From Candidatus Gottesmanbacteria bacterium (GTDB lineage: Bacteria > Patescibacteriota > Microgenomatia > UBA10105 > UBA927): a stretch of DNA of 64,000 nucleotides. Location of the stretch: contig OY970230.1 in the NCBI GenBank assembly GCA_963714095.1, forward strand, positions 532,084 through 596,083. The letters are read 5' to 3'. Made by a program: the position numbers and the translations under genes. Positions 30,948-40,317 of this stretch are shown piece after piece. The number at the start of each line of letters is the position of its first letter. Position 1 is the stretch's first letter. A model generated the notes under the pieces. The model saw only the letters and a program-made list of their open reading frames with translations, ran no database searches and was not told the DNA's origin.

Positions 30948-31520
30948 TTAAACCCGTAGTGAACCACGGAACCCCCGAGAACCATAGTACGAATCCGCAC
31001 CGTTATGAAAGACAAAGACGTGGTTGTAGCGGCGATCGGCGAATATCGCGCCGCCGAGTTTTCTGATTTCAGCAGGAGTTTTCAACCAGCTTGACGTTTT
31101 CGTATCGAAGGCACCAAGTTTCTGCAACTCTGTATATTGTTCTTCCGTTAGCATTTCGATACCCATGCGGGCCGCCATATCCATCGCGGTGTCTTTTGGT
31201 TTAAATTCTTTCCTTGCCGTAAGCGCTTCATGGTCATAACAAACGTTCCTGCGATCTTTCGGAGTTTCCGCGCAGCAGTCATAAAAAATGTATTCGCCCG
31301 TCTTAACATCGTGACCCACAACATCCGGTTCACCGCCGGTTCTTTCCATTTCACTCAGGGTCCACAGTTTTTCGTTATTGGCCTCCAACCTTGTTTGCAC
31401 CTTCGTCCATTCAAGACCTTTATGGCGGTTCATGTTTTTCTCAAAACGGGCCTTCAATGTTAAAAAAAGTTCTGCACGTTGTTCTGACGACAATTCTTTT
31501 TTTATATTGCTGTTGCTCAT
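30948..31520 (-). CDS. DUF4256 family protein
   Basis: RFEKNMNRH, MERTGGEPDVV, FDTKTSSW, HNGADSYY..RGFRGSL. Confidence 0.85.
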   Translation of the reverse strand: MSNSNIKKELSSEQRAELFLTLKARFEKNMNRHKGLEWTKVQTRLEANNEKLWTLSEMERTGGEPDVVGHDVKTGEYIFYDCCAETPKDRRNVCYDHEALTARKEFKPKDTAMDMAARMGIEMLTEEQYTELQKLGAFDTKTSSWLKTPAEIRKLGGAIFADRRYNHVFVFHNGADSYYGSRGFRGSLRV

Positions 31521-31556
31521 ACTTGAATATTATCACTTCTTATTCTTTTTTGGCTT

Positions 31557-31587
31557 TTGCTCCAAGCGGTTAAGGGTGTTTGGACCT
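31557..31587 (+). repeat. Intergenic repeat copy B
   Basis: TTGCTCCAAGCGGTTAAGGGTGTTTGGACCT, 12 nt from the stop of minus-strand gene 31600. Confidence 0.75.
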
Positions 31588-31599
31588 GCTTTTCCTGCT

Positions 31600-32190
31600 C
31601 TAATTAGACGTCACGGTAAATGCAGCTTTTATAGAAATATCATGAAGTGTCGGGTGTTGGTAGCTAAAAGTGATATTTCCGTTCCCAATACCGATCGGAA
31701 CTATCGTCGTATAGTTTTGATCGCCTGGCTTACTCGTCCAAACCATCGTCGGTATGACGTATATCGTTTCGTATGTTCCGTTCTGTATTTTCGTCGTATT
31801 AAATGTATATCCGGATGTATCGCTGTCTTTCCCTAAACCGTTAATTGCCAAAAGGCTGACAGTTGCGTAAGGAGCGTTCGGATTTGGAACGATGCCCACA
31901 ACATGCACGTTCACTTTTGTTCCGACCGGCCCATGCGTAGGGCTTACGGTCATGGTGATACCGTTTTGCGTAACAGTTTCACTATCTCCGGTTGTTGATG
32001 TAGGAATAAGGGTAGGTGAAGGAGTTCCAAGCTGTGCCCCTTGGGTTATCACAGGCAAATTTTGGACAGATACCTGACTGGTCTGACCTTTTTTAACAAA
32101 AAAGAGATAGCCACCGAGTCCTAAAAGAAACGCTAATAACCCGACAATGATTATGATAGGGATATTACCTCGTTGTTTAGAGATACTCAT
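31600..32190 (-). CDS. Membrane-anchored Ig-like hypothetical protein with pilin-like leader
   Basis: KQRG|NIPIIIIV hydrophobic start; VSPTHGPVGTKV. Confidence 0.7.
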   Translation of the reverse strand: MSISKQRGNIPIIIIVGLLAFLLGLGGYLFFVKKGQTSQVSVQNLPVITQGAQLGTPSPTLIPTSTTGDSETVTQNGITMTVSPTHGPVGTKVNVHVVGIVPNPNAPYATVSLLAINGLGKDSDTSGYTFNTTKIQNGTYETIYVIPTMVWTSKPGDQNYTTIVPIGIGNGNITFSYQHPTLHDISIKAAFTVTSN

Positions 32191-32292
32191 AAATCTAGTA
32201 TTTCAGAGTTTGCAGAATTTGGCAAGCTCGCGACTTGACTTAAAACTGAGAAGCTACTTGATATTGTCTTGTAGTACGTTTACCATAAATGT

Positions 32293-32799
32293 ATGGGAAA
32301 AACGGTCGGCATTATCGTGGGAGTCGTAGTCGTCGCGGTCATTATATTCTTTGGTGTTACCTCAATGCATAAAAATCAAACCTCAGATATTCAGCCAACA
32401 AATTCTTCCTCCGCGTCTCAAACAAAAACAGCTGGAGGAAAACTTGTAACAACGTGTGCTCATTACGAAACGGGTTCTACCGGCTTTAAAGCAAATGACA
32501 CCTCACTCATACCGGCGGACGTTGCAGCCGTAGGTGCCGGCGAAACGTTGTGCGGGAGTCTTACCGAAACAAATTCGGTCTATTATTTGACTGACAAATC
32601 AGATACCCAAATCGAAGACATGTATAAAACAAAAATGACTTCCCGCGGATGTACGGTATCAGCTATAGTCACACCCGCTCCGGGCTCTGAAGTATATTCT
32701 CTAAATATATCGTTCTCCTGCGCCGACGGTCATTATTACGTCGGCACCGGCTTTAAAGATAACGGCTATTGGGTTACTTTCAGTCCTCCGAGAGAATAA
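32293..32799 (+). CDS. Membrane-anchored hypothetical protein
   Basis: N-terminal TM; four Cys. Confidence 0.7.
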   Translation: MGKTVGIIVGVVVVAVIIFFGVTSMHKNQTSDIQPTNSSSASQTKTAGGKLVTTCAHYETGSTGFKANDTSLIPADVAAVGAGETLCGSLTETNSVYYLTDKSDTQIEDMYKTKMTSRGCTVSAIVTPAPGSEVYSLNISFSCADGHYYVGTGFKDNGYWVTFSPPRE

Positions 32800-32832
32800 T
32801 TCCTTACGTGAATCTACACTGAGTTTTCCGAA

Positions 32833-32865
32833 ATGCTCCGAGCGGTAAAGGATGTTCGGACTTAT
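32833..32865 (+). repeat. Intergenic repeat copy C
   Basis: ATGCTCCGAGCGGTAAAGGATGTTCGGACTTAT, 8 nt from the stop of minus-strand gene 32874. Confidence 0.85.
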
Positions 32866-32873
32866 TACACGTA

Positions 32874-33017
32874 TTATCGGATTAACCCTAATCCGATAAC
32901 TCCGACAATAATCAGGTACGCAGCGACAAAATAATTAAGAAATTTCGGAAATATCAGAATCAATACGCCGAACGCAAGTGATGCAAGCGGCGTTAAATTG
33001 TTTGTAGATATATTCAT
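32874..33017 (-). CDS. DUF3096 family small membrane protein (not in ORF track)
   Basis: Manual translation MNISTNNLTPLASLAFGVLILIFPKFLNYFVAAYLIIVGVIGLGLIR; SD GGAGGTGA. Confidence 0.85.
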   Translation of the reverse strand: MNISTNNLTPLASLAFGVLILIFPKFLNYFVAAYLIIVGVIGLGLIR

Positions 33018-33046
33018 ATGTTTCACCTCCTTCCGCGTTACACACT

Positions 33047-33292
33047 TTATCTATTTCGTACCATGCGGCCAATATAAATAACGACAATAGCCCCAAGTAC
33101 CGCCACAATCATGCTATACAGATTAAATCCCGTCACACCCGATTGACCGAGGAGATTCATGATAAAACCCCCTACCACGGCCCCAACAATACCCATAACG
33201 ATATCCATCATGGCTCCTGCACCGGTTTTCATGATCATCGATGCTATCCACCCTACCAGAGCTCCAAATATGATCCACAGTAAAATACCCAT
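33047..33292 (-). CDS. GlsB/YeaQ/YmgE stress-response membrane protein
   Basis: WIIFGALVGWIASMIM, DIVMGIVGAVVGG, GFNLYS. Confidence 0.9.
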   Translation of the reverse strand: MGILLWIIFGALVGWIASMIMKTGAGAMMDIVMGIVGAVVGGFIMNLLGQSGVTGFNLYSMIVAVLGAIVVIYIGRMVRNR

Positions 33293-33340
33293 ATACCATT
33301 CACCCCCTAACGTTATATTTTTCGGCATCCAATCAGCTAT

Positions 33341-33799
33341 TTACTGATTATCAACCGATTGATTTACCTCTTCCTGATTCGTTGGCTTTACCAGTTGAAA
33401 AAGCGCAACGAGCCCATACGCTATGATTGCATACACCGCCATAGCAATGAGCGTTGACCATTCAAGAGTCATGTATGAAATTCCCGTAACGCCTAATATC
33501 CCTGCAAACGGCAAAGCGAAAGGATTACTCACCGCATAAATGAAATTAGTAAATCCGCTTCCTGCATTTGCCCCAAGGAGCTTGAGGAGAACTCTAAACG
33601 CCAAAACCACCTCAATGACACCCAGGATATACCAAATAACCTGATACGTACGAAAAATTGCTTTTTTGGTATCATACGTTTTTTGCGGCGATCCGGTAGT
33701 AACTGCCGGCTTCACTACTCTCGTTTGCTGAACAACCCGCTGTGTAGTAGGCGTCGATACTGTCGTTACTTCCTGTACGTCTGTATTTTGTTCTGTCAT
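33341..33799 (-). CDS. YggT-like membrane protein
   Basis: RVLLKLLGAN..SGF..FIY..S.P...PF.GI; SD GGAGGTGA. Confidence 0.7.
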   Translation of the reverse strand: MTEQNTDVQEVTTVSTPTTQRVVQQTRVVKPAVTTGSPQKTYDTKKAIFRTYQVIWYILGVIEVVLAFRVLLKLLGANAGSGFTNFIYAVSNPFALPFAGILGVTGISYMTLEWSTLIAMAVYAIIAYGLVALFQLVKPTNQEEVNQSVDNQ

Positions 33800-34413
33800 G
33801 TTATTTCACCTCCTCCTTGTATTGTTTTATTTTTGTGAAATTCTTCGATTTTTGCTATCAACTCATTCACTTCATAGTTGGATGTGTCAATATTGTGCTC
33901 TGCAAAAGTCCGAAGTCCCTCAATAATCATTTGCACCCGGGCCGCTTTTTTTGCATCAAGATGACCAATCATAATATTATTTTCTGCAAACGTCCGGGAA
34001 ACGATCTCAAGTGTGGCAAAAAACGGTGACGATTCTATAAGCACATTTGAAATATCCTTTATATCCACGCTGTGTGATTGAGAGGCAAGAAACTGCCGGA
34101 AGATAAACGTTACTCTGCTTTCTTCAACCTCTATAGTGTTAGGAAACAACGTCCATGGAAACTGAGAAGAAATACTTATAATACATCTGTTGGATTTTTT
34201 TATTAAATCACTAACCGTTTGTTTGTCTTCTTCTTTTTTCGTCGCCTCATTGATCGTCTGTTCATTTTTACCTTCTTGCTGTAACGCTTGATCCGAGAGC
34301 CGGGGGATTTGCCGCACCTGTGTCATGGCAGGTATGCGATCTTGCCTTTTGGGATCGGCCTTTATGCGAGTATAAAGCGGTTGAGATATTCTGCTGAAGA
34401 TATTTATGTCCAT
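33796..34413 (-). CDS. Bacterial PH-like domain hypothetical protein
   Basis: FPWTLFPNTIEV..RVT, SVDIKDISNV; start uncertain. Confidence 0.65.
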   Translation of the reverse strand: MDINIFSRISQPLYTRIKADPKRQDRIPAMTQVRQIPRLSDQALQQEGKNEQTINEATKKEEDKQTVSDLIKKSNRCIISISSQFPWTLFPNTIEVEESRVTFIFRQFLASQSHSVDIKDISNVLIESSPFFATLEIVSRTFAENNIMIGHLDAKKAARVQMIIEGLRTFAEHNIDTSNYEVNELIAKIEEFHKNKTIQGGGEIT

Positions 34414-34445
34414 ACATATGTCTAAATATAATTTAGACATATGTA
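34413..34445. promoter_or_regulatory. Perfect 15-bp inverted repeat, candidate RHH operator
   Basis: TACATATGTCTAAAT-ATA-ATTTAGACATATGTA. Confidence 0.55.
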
Positions 34446-34469
34446 AACCCGTAAATCAGGTGGTAAAAA

Positions 34470-34745
34470 TTATCGAGGCACGGTGAGAGATTTCGTATGT
34501 TTCGGGGCTATTCGTTTTAATTTTAAATCCGCCTCATGAGTAAATGTGTCTATTGTGGAACTGTTGTCAAATTTAATGTGAATATGCTGATTACTATCTT
34601 TTTCAAGTTTGGGAGCGTACGCGTCAAGTGCCTTTTCCACTATCTCGGATAGCGTAAGGCCTTCCAGGGCCCCCCTGACCTTCGCACGTTTCATTAGCAT
34701 CGGATCAATAAATGCTGTAAGCCGTTGTTTTAAAATATTATTCAT
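34470..34745 (-). CDS. Ribbon-helix-helix (CopG/Arc-like) DNA-binding protein
   Basis: QRLTAFID..LMKRAKVRGALEGLTLSEIVEKALDAY. Confidence 0.75.
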   Translation of the reverse strand: MNNILKQRLTAFIDPMLMKRAKVRGALEGLTLSEIVEKALDAYAPKLEKDSNQHIHIKFDNSSTIDTFTHEADLKLKRIAPKHTKSLTVPR

Positions 34746-34829
34746 CTATACATAGTCTGCACCTATTACAATTATTTGTCAAGTTACATATAGTTGTATA
34801 ATATGTAATGACCGTGTATACTATAAGAA

Positions 34830-35177
34830 ATGCTTATACTTATTCTCTTATTAGTGGTCGGCGCAATCATGGCGTATCTGGCACAAAATAACTCGATGTT
34901 AGTAACAGTACGCCTCGGAACATCTGTGCTCTCTGGCATTCCCCTCTTTTATGTCATCGTTGGTTGTCTTTTAACGGGTCTTGGGTTAGCGTACGTTATA
35001 TATCTTGTCAATTCAATTTTTACCGCCTTCTCCATGCACCGGAAGGATACGGCAATCAAACATGGAAAAAGTGATATTGTTGATCTGACGAAACGGATTC
35101 ATCAGCTGGAGTTAGAAAACGAGAGGCTTAAAAATAACTCCTCAGTTGTGGAGCCTCGGGATAAAAACGCGTTGTGA
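34830..35177 (+). CDS. LapA (DUF1049) family membrane protein
   Basis: AQN...VTV.LG, IPLFYVI, coiled-coil tail. Confidence 0.75.
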   Translation: MLILILLLVVGAIMAYLAQNNSMLVTVRLGTSVLSGIPLFYVIVGCLLTGLGLAYVIYLVNSIFTAFSMHRKDTAIKHGKSDIVDLTKRIHQLELENERLKNNSSVVEPRDKNAL

Positions 35178-35647
35178 AATCACTACTCGGTAAAGTGTGG
35201 AAATTATTAAACCTTCCAAAAGGCATCCAGTTGTTTTTTATGCGCTTTTTCCAAAATAAATTTCTCGTCGGTGTTACCGGAGTTGTATTTAATAAAAAAA
35301 ACGAGGTATTACTTTTTAAGCATACATATCGGCAACACTCCTGGAGTCTGCCGGGCGGATATCTAAAAGCCGGCGAGCACCCCTCTGAAGCAATTGAACG
35401 GGAAATAAAAGAGGAATCCCATTTAATCGTAAGTGTCGACGCCCCACTCGTTATCCGCACTGACCGAACCGCTTCTCGGTTGGATATTTGCTATATCGGG
35501 GTTTTCATCGGTGGAGAATTTACTCCAAGTCAGGAAGTATCTGAATATGGCTTTTTTTCACAGAACACTATGCCTTTATTAAGAAGTAATCAGGTTTTTT
35601 TAATAGAAAAAGCCCTCCAGCAAAAAAGATTGTCAGAAAAAAGATAA
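35174..35647 (+). CDS. NUDIX hydrolase
   Basis: Nudix box PGG....GE....AIEREIKEES. Confidence 0.9.
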   Translation: MKSLLGKVWKLLNLPKGIQLFFMRFFQNKFLVGVTGVVFNKKNEVLLFKHTYRQHSWSLPGGYLKAGEHPSEAIEREIKEESHLIVSVDAPLVIRTDRTASRLDICYIGVFIGGEFTPSQEVSEYGFFSQNTMPLLRSNQVFLIEKALQQKRLSEKR

Positions 35648-35656
35648 ATAATTTTG

Positions 35657-35727
35657 CTCCCCGGCAGGATTCGAACCTGCAACCTTCTTCTTAACAGGAA
35701 GCCGCTCTACCGTTGAGCTACAGGGGA
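35657..35727 (-). tRNA. tRNA-Asn(GTT)
   Basis: D arm GCTC/GAGC, loop CTGTTAA, T arm GCAGG-TTCGAAT-CCTGC; acceptor 3' strand appears one nt short; no CCA. Confidence 0.88.
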
Positions 35728-35791
35728 ATATTAAGGAACGTGGTTATTATATCAGATTTATTCATATTTCGGGTGATATAATAGCCTCACT

Positions 35792-36442
35792 GTGAAAAAC
35801 ATTCTCCTCGTGCTACTCGCCTTTCTTCTGGGATTTGGCGGCGTTATGGAATATCACTATCTGCGAACCAAACAAACAGCAACAATAGTTGCACCTACAA
35901 CAACGAGCCGAGTTACGCCGGAGCCGACCTTTGCTCTCGTTCCCCCATCACAGGCGGTATCGGGAATATTAACCGTAACCAGTGGTCAAGCGGAAAAATT
36001 TTCGAGGAATGACACGCAATATAGAGAGGCCTCTTCCGGCGCCCAAATATTGATCGGCGAGTCCGTGGCAACAAAGGAAAATTCTACAGCCGCGGCCTCT
36101 GTAAGCGGCATCGTACGTGTCAACATGGGTCCGACAGCGGAACTGGTATTTGCAAACCTATTCCCCGACGATTTTGTCCTCCAGCAAACGACAGGGAAAA
36201 TCGAATATTTTGTTGACGCACCGATTTCCGTCCACGCACTCCACTCGCTCGTTAGCATGAACCCGGGCGACTTTATACTAAATATTATCGATACCGATAT
36301 GTCCATTACCGTAAATACCGGATCGGTAAAATTCGCACTTGTTGATAACGATAATAATACGAACGTGTGGAATTTGAACGCCGGGCAGCGCGCAAATATC
36401 GATGATGCGGCCCGCCAAGTGTATTTAGTACAGGCCAGATAA
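35792..36442 (+). CDS. Membrane-anchored FecR-like beta-domain protein
   Basis: N-terminal TM; GESVATKENSTA, ITVNTGSV, LNAGQ. Confidence 0.6.
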   Translation: MKNILLVLLAFLLGFGGVMEYHYLRTKQTATIVAPTTTSRVTPEPTFALVPPSQAVSGILTVTSGQAEKFSRNDTQYREASSGAQILIGESVATKENSTAAASVSGIVRVNMGPTAELVFANLFPDDFVLQQTTGKIEYFVDAPISVHALHSLVSMNPGDFILNIIDTDMSITVNTGSVKFALVDNDNNTNVWNLNAGQRANIDDAARQVYLVQAR

Positions 36443-37609
36443 ATCGAGCGTATTTTTGTAATTTGTCAGGGGGCTGAGCATCGTAGTGTCCTCATATCCC
36501 AACGCCCAGAGAGCAATGCCACCGAGATGATATTTTTGGGCAAGCCCTATTTTTTCACCCACCGACGCTTTATTTTCAAAATAAATCTGGTTGAAATAAT
36601 CTCCCTCCGGATAAATCACGTATGGCTCGTGCGCAACCGGGTCCAACTGGGCCGAACACGACGCGCAATTGGCAAGGATATCCGCAACGCGACTGCTACT
36701 GGCAATCGACGAGCCGCCGGGAATGGTTGCCGACTCAGGAGCGGCATTTATTGTCTCCCACTCATACCCGTATAAAGGAATACCCAATAGTACTTTTTGT
36801 GACGGCATCACTTTCAATGCTTCTTTAACAGCCGTCTCCGTATCGTATTCAAGTGTGGTGCCTGCTCCCCCGATCGGCGCATTGGCACCGGAGGTAAACG
36901 ACCCCGCGTAGTGGTAATCATAGGTCATCAAAATCACACGATCGACAATCGCACCCAGCGCGCGGGCGTCATAGATATCGCTTTTCACCAGAGAAATCGG
37001 AATCAAATCAAGCGATACTGTTCCCAACTTTTGCGCTTTCACCTGATCCGTAACGGTTTTGACAAATGTCGTAAAATTTACCCGCGCGCTTTCGGATGCA
37101 GTCATAAAACTTTCAATATCAAGGTTTAAATCCGTAAACCCTTTGTCTTTCATAATCGGGGAAACGTCGGCAATGAGGTTGTTCGCACTGGTAACGGGGT
37201 CATCCATCATGGCGCTTATGACACTATCGTCCCCGCTTATCACCAGGAGTGATTGTTTTAAACCCTGCTTTTTTGCATTCGTCATATAGGTACCGAACGT
37301 GTCTCCTTTGAGCGCCGTCCACCCGGGTTCCTCTTCCTGCGGGTTCGTGAGCTTTTGAATCGTTCCGTCACTGTTGAGTGCAAGACCGAAATAGGTGAGC
37401 GTCGTAATATATTGGGAATAATCCTTATCCGCTTTATCCAGAAGCCAATACGGCAAAAATCCCACAATCTCGGGTTTATTCACGTTAAACGTTGTCAGGA
37501 TGGGGTTGTCAAACCGTACCGGAGCATTTCCTAAATAATAAAACGCTCCAAAAGCACTCAGTGCGCCCGCAATAAAAAAAATGATGAAAAGAAAATTTTT
37601 TTTAATCAT
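36425..37609 (-). CDS. GH18 family glycoside hydrolase (chitinase-like)
   Basis: DLNLDIE, LMTYDYH, LLGIPLYGYEW, GIALWALG. Confidence 0.9.
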   Translation of the reverse strand: MIKKNFLFIIFFIAGALSAFGAFYYLGNAPVRFDNPILTTFNVNKPEIVGFLPYWLLDKADKDYSQYITTLTYFGLALNSDGTIQKLTNPQEEEPGWTALKGDTFGTYMTNAKKQGLKQSLLVISGDDSVISAMMDDPVTSANNLIADVSPIMKDKGFTDLNLDIESFMTASESARVNFTTFVKTVTDQVKAQKLGTVSLDLIPISLVKSDIYDARALGAIVDRVILMTYDYHYAGSFTSGANAPIGGAGTTLEYDTETAVKEALKVMPSQKVLLGIPLYGYEWETINAAPESATIPGGSSIASSSRVADILANCASCSAQLDPVAHEPYVIYPEGDYFNQIYFENKASVGEKIGLAQKYHLGGIALWALGYEDTTMLSPLTNYKNTLDLSGLY

Positions 37610-37682
37610 TACTTCGGTTTACCCAATCATACCATTGAGCCGTATATTCCCAAAACAACCATTATGTGATATTCTCCGGTAC

Positions 37683-39050
37683 GTGAGTACGAAAGGTGAA
37701 ACCCCGATCGACCTACACATAACTCCTATTGACGGAAGAAATTACCACAAGATAAACGTACTTTCCCGGTATTTTTCAGAGCGAGCACTAAACCAAGAAC
37801 GCATCTATGTCGAGACTGAATATCTCCTCTGGTTGAGTAAATATACCATCATACGGAAACTTACAAAAAAAGAAACCGCTCTTCTGCATTCCCTCCCGTC
37901 GATGACGACGGGAAACTACGAGCATCTGCGGGACCTTGAGTCACGGGTTAATCATGATATGAAAGTAATTGAACTGTATATACAGGAAAAAATATCCAAA
38001 ACAACACTTCACGACATTACCAGCATGGTTCATTTCGGGTTAACCGCAGATGATACCAATTCATGTGCATATGCCCGATGCATCAACGGGGCTATGAAGG
38101 ATGTTATTATTCCGATTCTGAATGATATTCATGAGTCACTACAAAAATACGCAGGGATGTATAAAAATCTTCCGATGCTTGCCCGGACGCACGGTCAGCC
38201 GGCGACAGGAACAACATACGGTAAAGAGCTTGGGGTATTTTCCTATAGACTCCGACAACAGATAACATTACTCAAGACACTTCGCATCGGAGGAAAACTC
38301 TCAGGAAACGTCGGAACGTTCAATGCACATACAGTCGTATTCCCCCGAATGAATTGGGTAACTTTTTCAAAAACATTTTTAGAGCACATCACCGTTGAGC
38401 CAATAATGCTTGCAACTCAGATAGCTCCCTATGACAGTCATATACAACTCTTTCAAACGCTCCTCCATATCAATCTGATATTACTCGGGCTTTCAAAAGA
38501 TATGTGGCTCTATAGTATGCTTGGATATGTCACCCTAAAAAACGTATCACGTGAGGTGGGCTCTACTGCCCTTCCTCATAAAATTAATCCCATCTATCTT
38601 GAGGGGGCCGAGGGTGGATTTGAAATCGCCAATTCCCTGTTGGAACTCTATATCCGTAAACTTTCTTACAGCAGGCTCCAGCGGGATCTATCGGACAGCA
38701 CCGTACGGCGTTCATTCGGTACGGCATTCGCCTATTCCCTTCTCTCCTATCAAAGTATACTCGAAACGTTTACCCGGATGGAACCAAATGAAATACGCAT
38801 GAAAGAAGATCTCCTCTCCCACTACGAAATACTTTCCGAGGCAATCCAAAATTATTTACGTACCAAAGGATTTCCTGACGCGTATGAGAAAACAAAACAA
38901 TTTTTCCGGGGACACGTCTCGACACAATCCGATGTTGCATCATTTATTTCAACATTATCCATCTCAGAAAAAGATAAAGACTATTTGCGCACGCTTACTC
39001 CACTGAAGTATACGGGGCTCGCGGGTACGCTCGTTGATACCTATGTCTAA
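37683..39050 (+). CDS. purB: Adenylosuccinate lyase (divergent)
   Basis: PIDGR, NHD, ARTHGQPA, PHKINP, SRLQRDLSDSTV; GTG start assumed. Confidence 0.9.
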   Translation: MSTKGETPIDLHITPIDGRNYHKINVLSRYFSERALNQERIYVETEYLLWLSKYTIIRKLTKKETALLHSLPSMTTGNYEHLRDLESRVNHDMKVIELYIQEKISKTTLHDITSMVHFGLTADDTNSCAYARCINGAMKDVIIPILNDIHESLQKYAGMYKNLPMLARTHGQPATGTTYGKELGVFSYRLRQQITLLKTLRIGGKLSGNVGTFNAHTVVFPRMNWVTFSKTFLEHITVEPIMLATQIAPYDSHIQLFQTLLHINLILLGLSKDMWLYSMLGYVTLKNVSREVGSTALPHKINPIYLEGAEGGFEIANSLLELYIRKLSYSRLQRDLSDSTVRRSFGTAFAYSLLSYQSILETFTRMEPNEIRMKEDLLSHYEILSEAIQNYLRTKGFPDAYEKTKQFFRGHVSTQSDVASFISTLSISEKDKDYLRTLTPLKYTGLAGTLVDTYV

Positions 39051-40317
39051 CATCAAATTCCCACTCGTTGTTGTCGGCGCCCAATGGGGAGACGAAGGAA
39101 AGGGAAAACTTGTCGATGTACTGGCGCGGGAGGCTGATATTGTTGTCCGGTATAACGGGGGAAATAACGCGGGACACACGGTTGTTGTCGGCGACGATGT
39201 GTTCAAATTGTCACTGCTGCCATCTGGGGTAGCCCAGAAAAAACACATTGTCATTGCCCAGGGGTGTGTTGTTGATCCTAAGGTGCTTCTCGATGAAATT
39301 CAGATGATCAAAAACCATCACCTCCCAGTTCATTTGTCTATTGACCCCCGCGTTCATCTTGTTATGCCGTATCATAAGGCGTTAGACCGCGCGACGGAAC
39401 TGTGGAAAGGGAAAAAAGCGACAGGCAGCTTACACTTGGGTATCGGCTATTGTTACGAAGATAAAAATAACCGGTTCGGAATTCGGCTTGACGACCTCTA
39501 TCATCCGAGGGAATTGAAAGAAAAAATCGCAACAATGTCCTCGCTTCACCTCAAACGCATTCAGGGTGTTTTTAACCAAAAAGATTCATTTGATACGAAC
39601 GACATATTCAAAACATATATGTCCTATGGAAAGAAACTTAAAAAATATATGGAAGACACCTCTGTTCTTATTGAAAAAAAGATGAATACCAAAAAAATAT
39701 TATTTGAGGGAGCACACGGGACACTGCTGGATCCGATATTCGGGACCTATCCGTATACGGTCGCCATTCATACGATCTCGGGAGCAATTTTCCCCTATGT
39801 CGGTATCGCCCCGAGAAACGTCTATTCGCTTGGCATCGTCAAAGCCTATACAACGCGGGTCGGCAACGGTCCATTTCCGACCGAATTATTCGACAAAACA
39901 GGAGAATCCATACGAACCCGCGGCCATGAATTCGGAACGGTTTCAAAACGGCCGCGGCGATGCGGATGGCTGGATATTCCGGCATTAAAAACGGCAGCCA
40001 GGCTATCCGGATTTACATCGCTTGCTGTCACGAAACTGGATGTACTCAGCGGACTTCCTGAGATAAAAGTGTGTATTGCATACAAAGTAAATAAAAGGCA
40101 ATACGACCAGATCCCTGCATCTACGTATGAATACGAAAAGTGCAAGCCGGTCTACCGGACGTTTCCCGGATGGCAAAACGATATATCGAACAGTAAAAAA
40201 TATACTGATTTACCAAAAAATGCAAAAGTATATCTGCAATTCATTGAAAATGAATTACATGCTCCAATTAAAATAGTATCCGTCGGATCAGAAAGGAATG
40301 CGACTATAACATTATGA
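39043..40317 (+). CDS. purA: Adenylosuccinate synthetase (divergent IMP pocket)
   Basis: GAQWGDEGKGK, GGNNAGHT, KAYTTRVG.GPFPTE, RRCGWLD, TKLDVL. Confidence 0.93.
   Translation: MSNIKFPLVVVGAQWGDEGKGKLVDVLAREADIVVRYNGGNNAGHTVVVGDDVFKLSLLPSGVAQKKHIVIAQGCVVDPKVLLDEIQMIKNHHLPVHLSIDPRVHLVMPYHKALDRATELWKGKKATGSLHLGIGYCYEDKNNRFGIRLDDLYHPRELKEKIATMSSLHLKRIQGVFNQKDSFDTNDIFKTYMSYGKKLKKYMEDTSVLIEKKMNTKKILFEGAHGTLLDPIFGTYPYTVAIHTISGAIFPYVGIAPRNVYSLGIVKAYTTRVGNGPFPTELFDKTGESIRTRGHEFGTVSKRPRRCGWLDIPALKTAARLSGFTSLAVTKLDVLSGLPEIKVCIAYKVNKRQYDQIPASTYEYEKCKPVYRTFPGWQNDISNSKKYTDLPKNAKVYLQFIENELHAPIKIVSVGSERNATITL

Noticed and set aside
39043-40317. PurZ (2-aminoadenine pathway)
   Set aside because: Keeps GDEGKGK with the catalytic Asp, not the Ser of PurZ; no phage context
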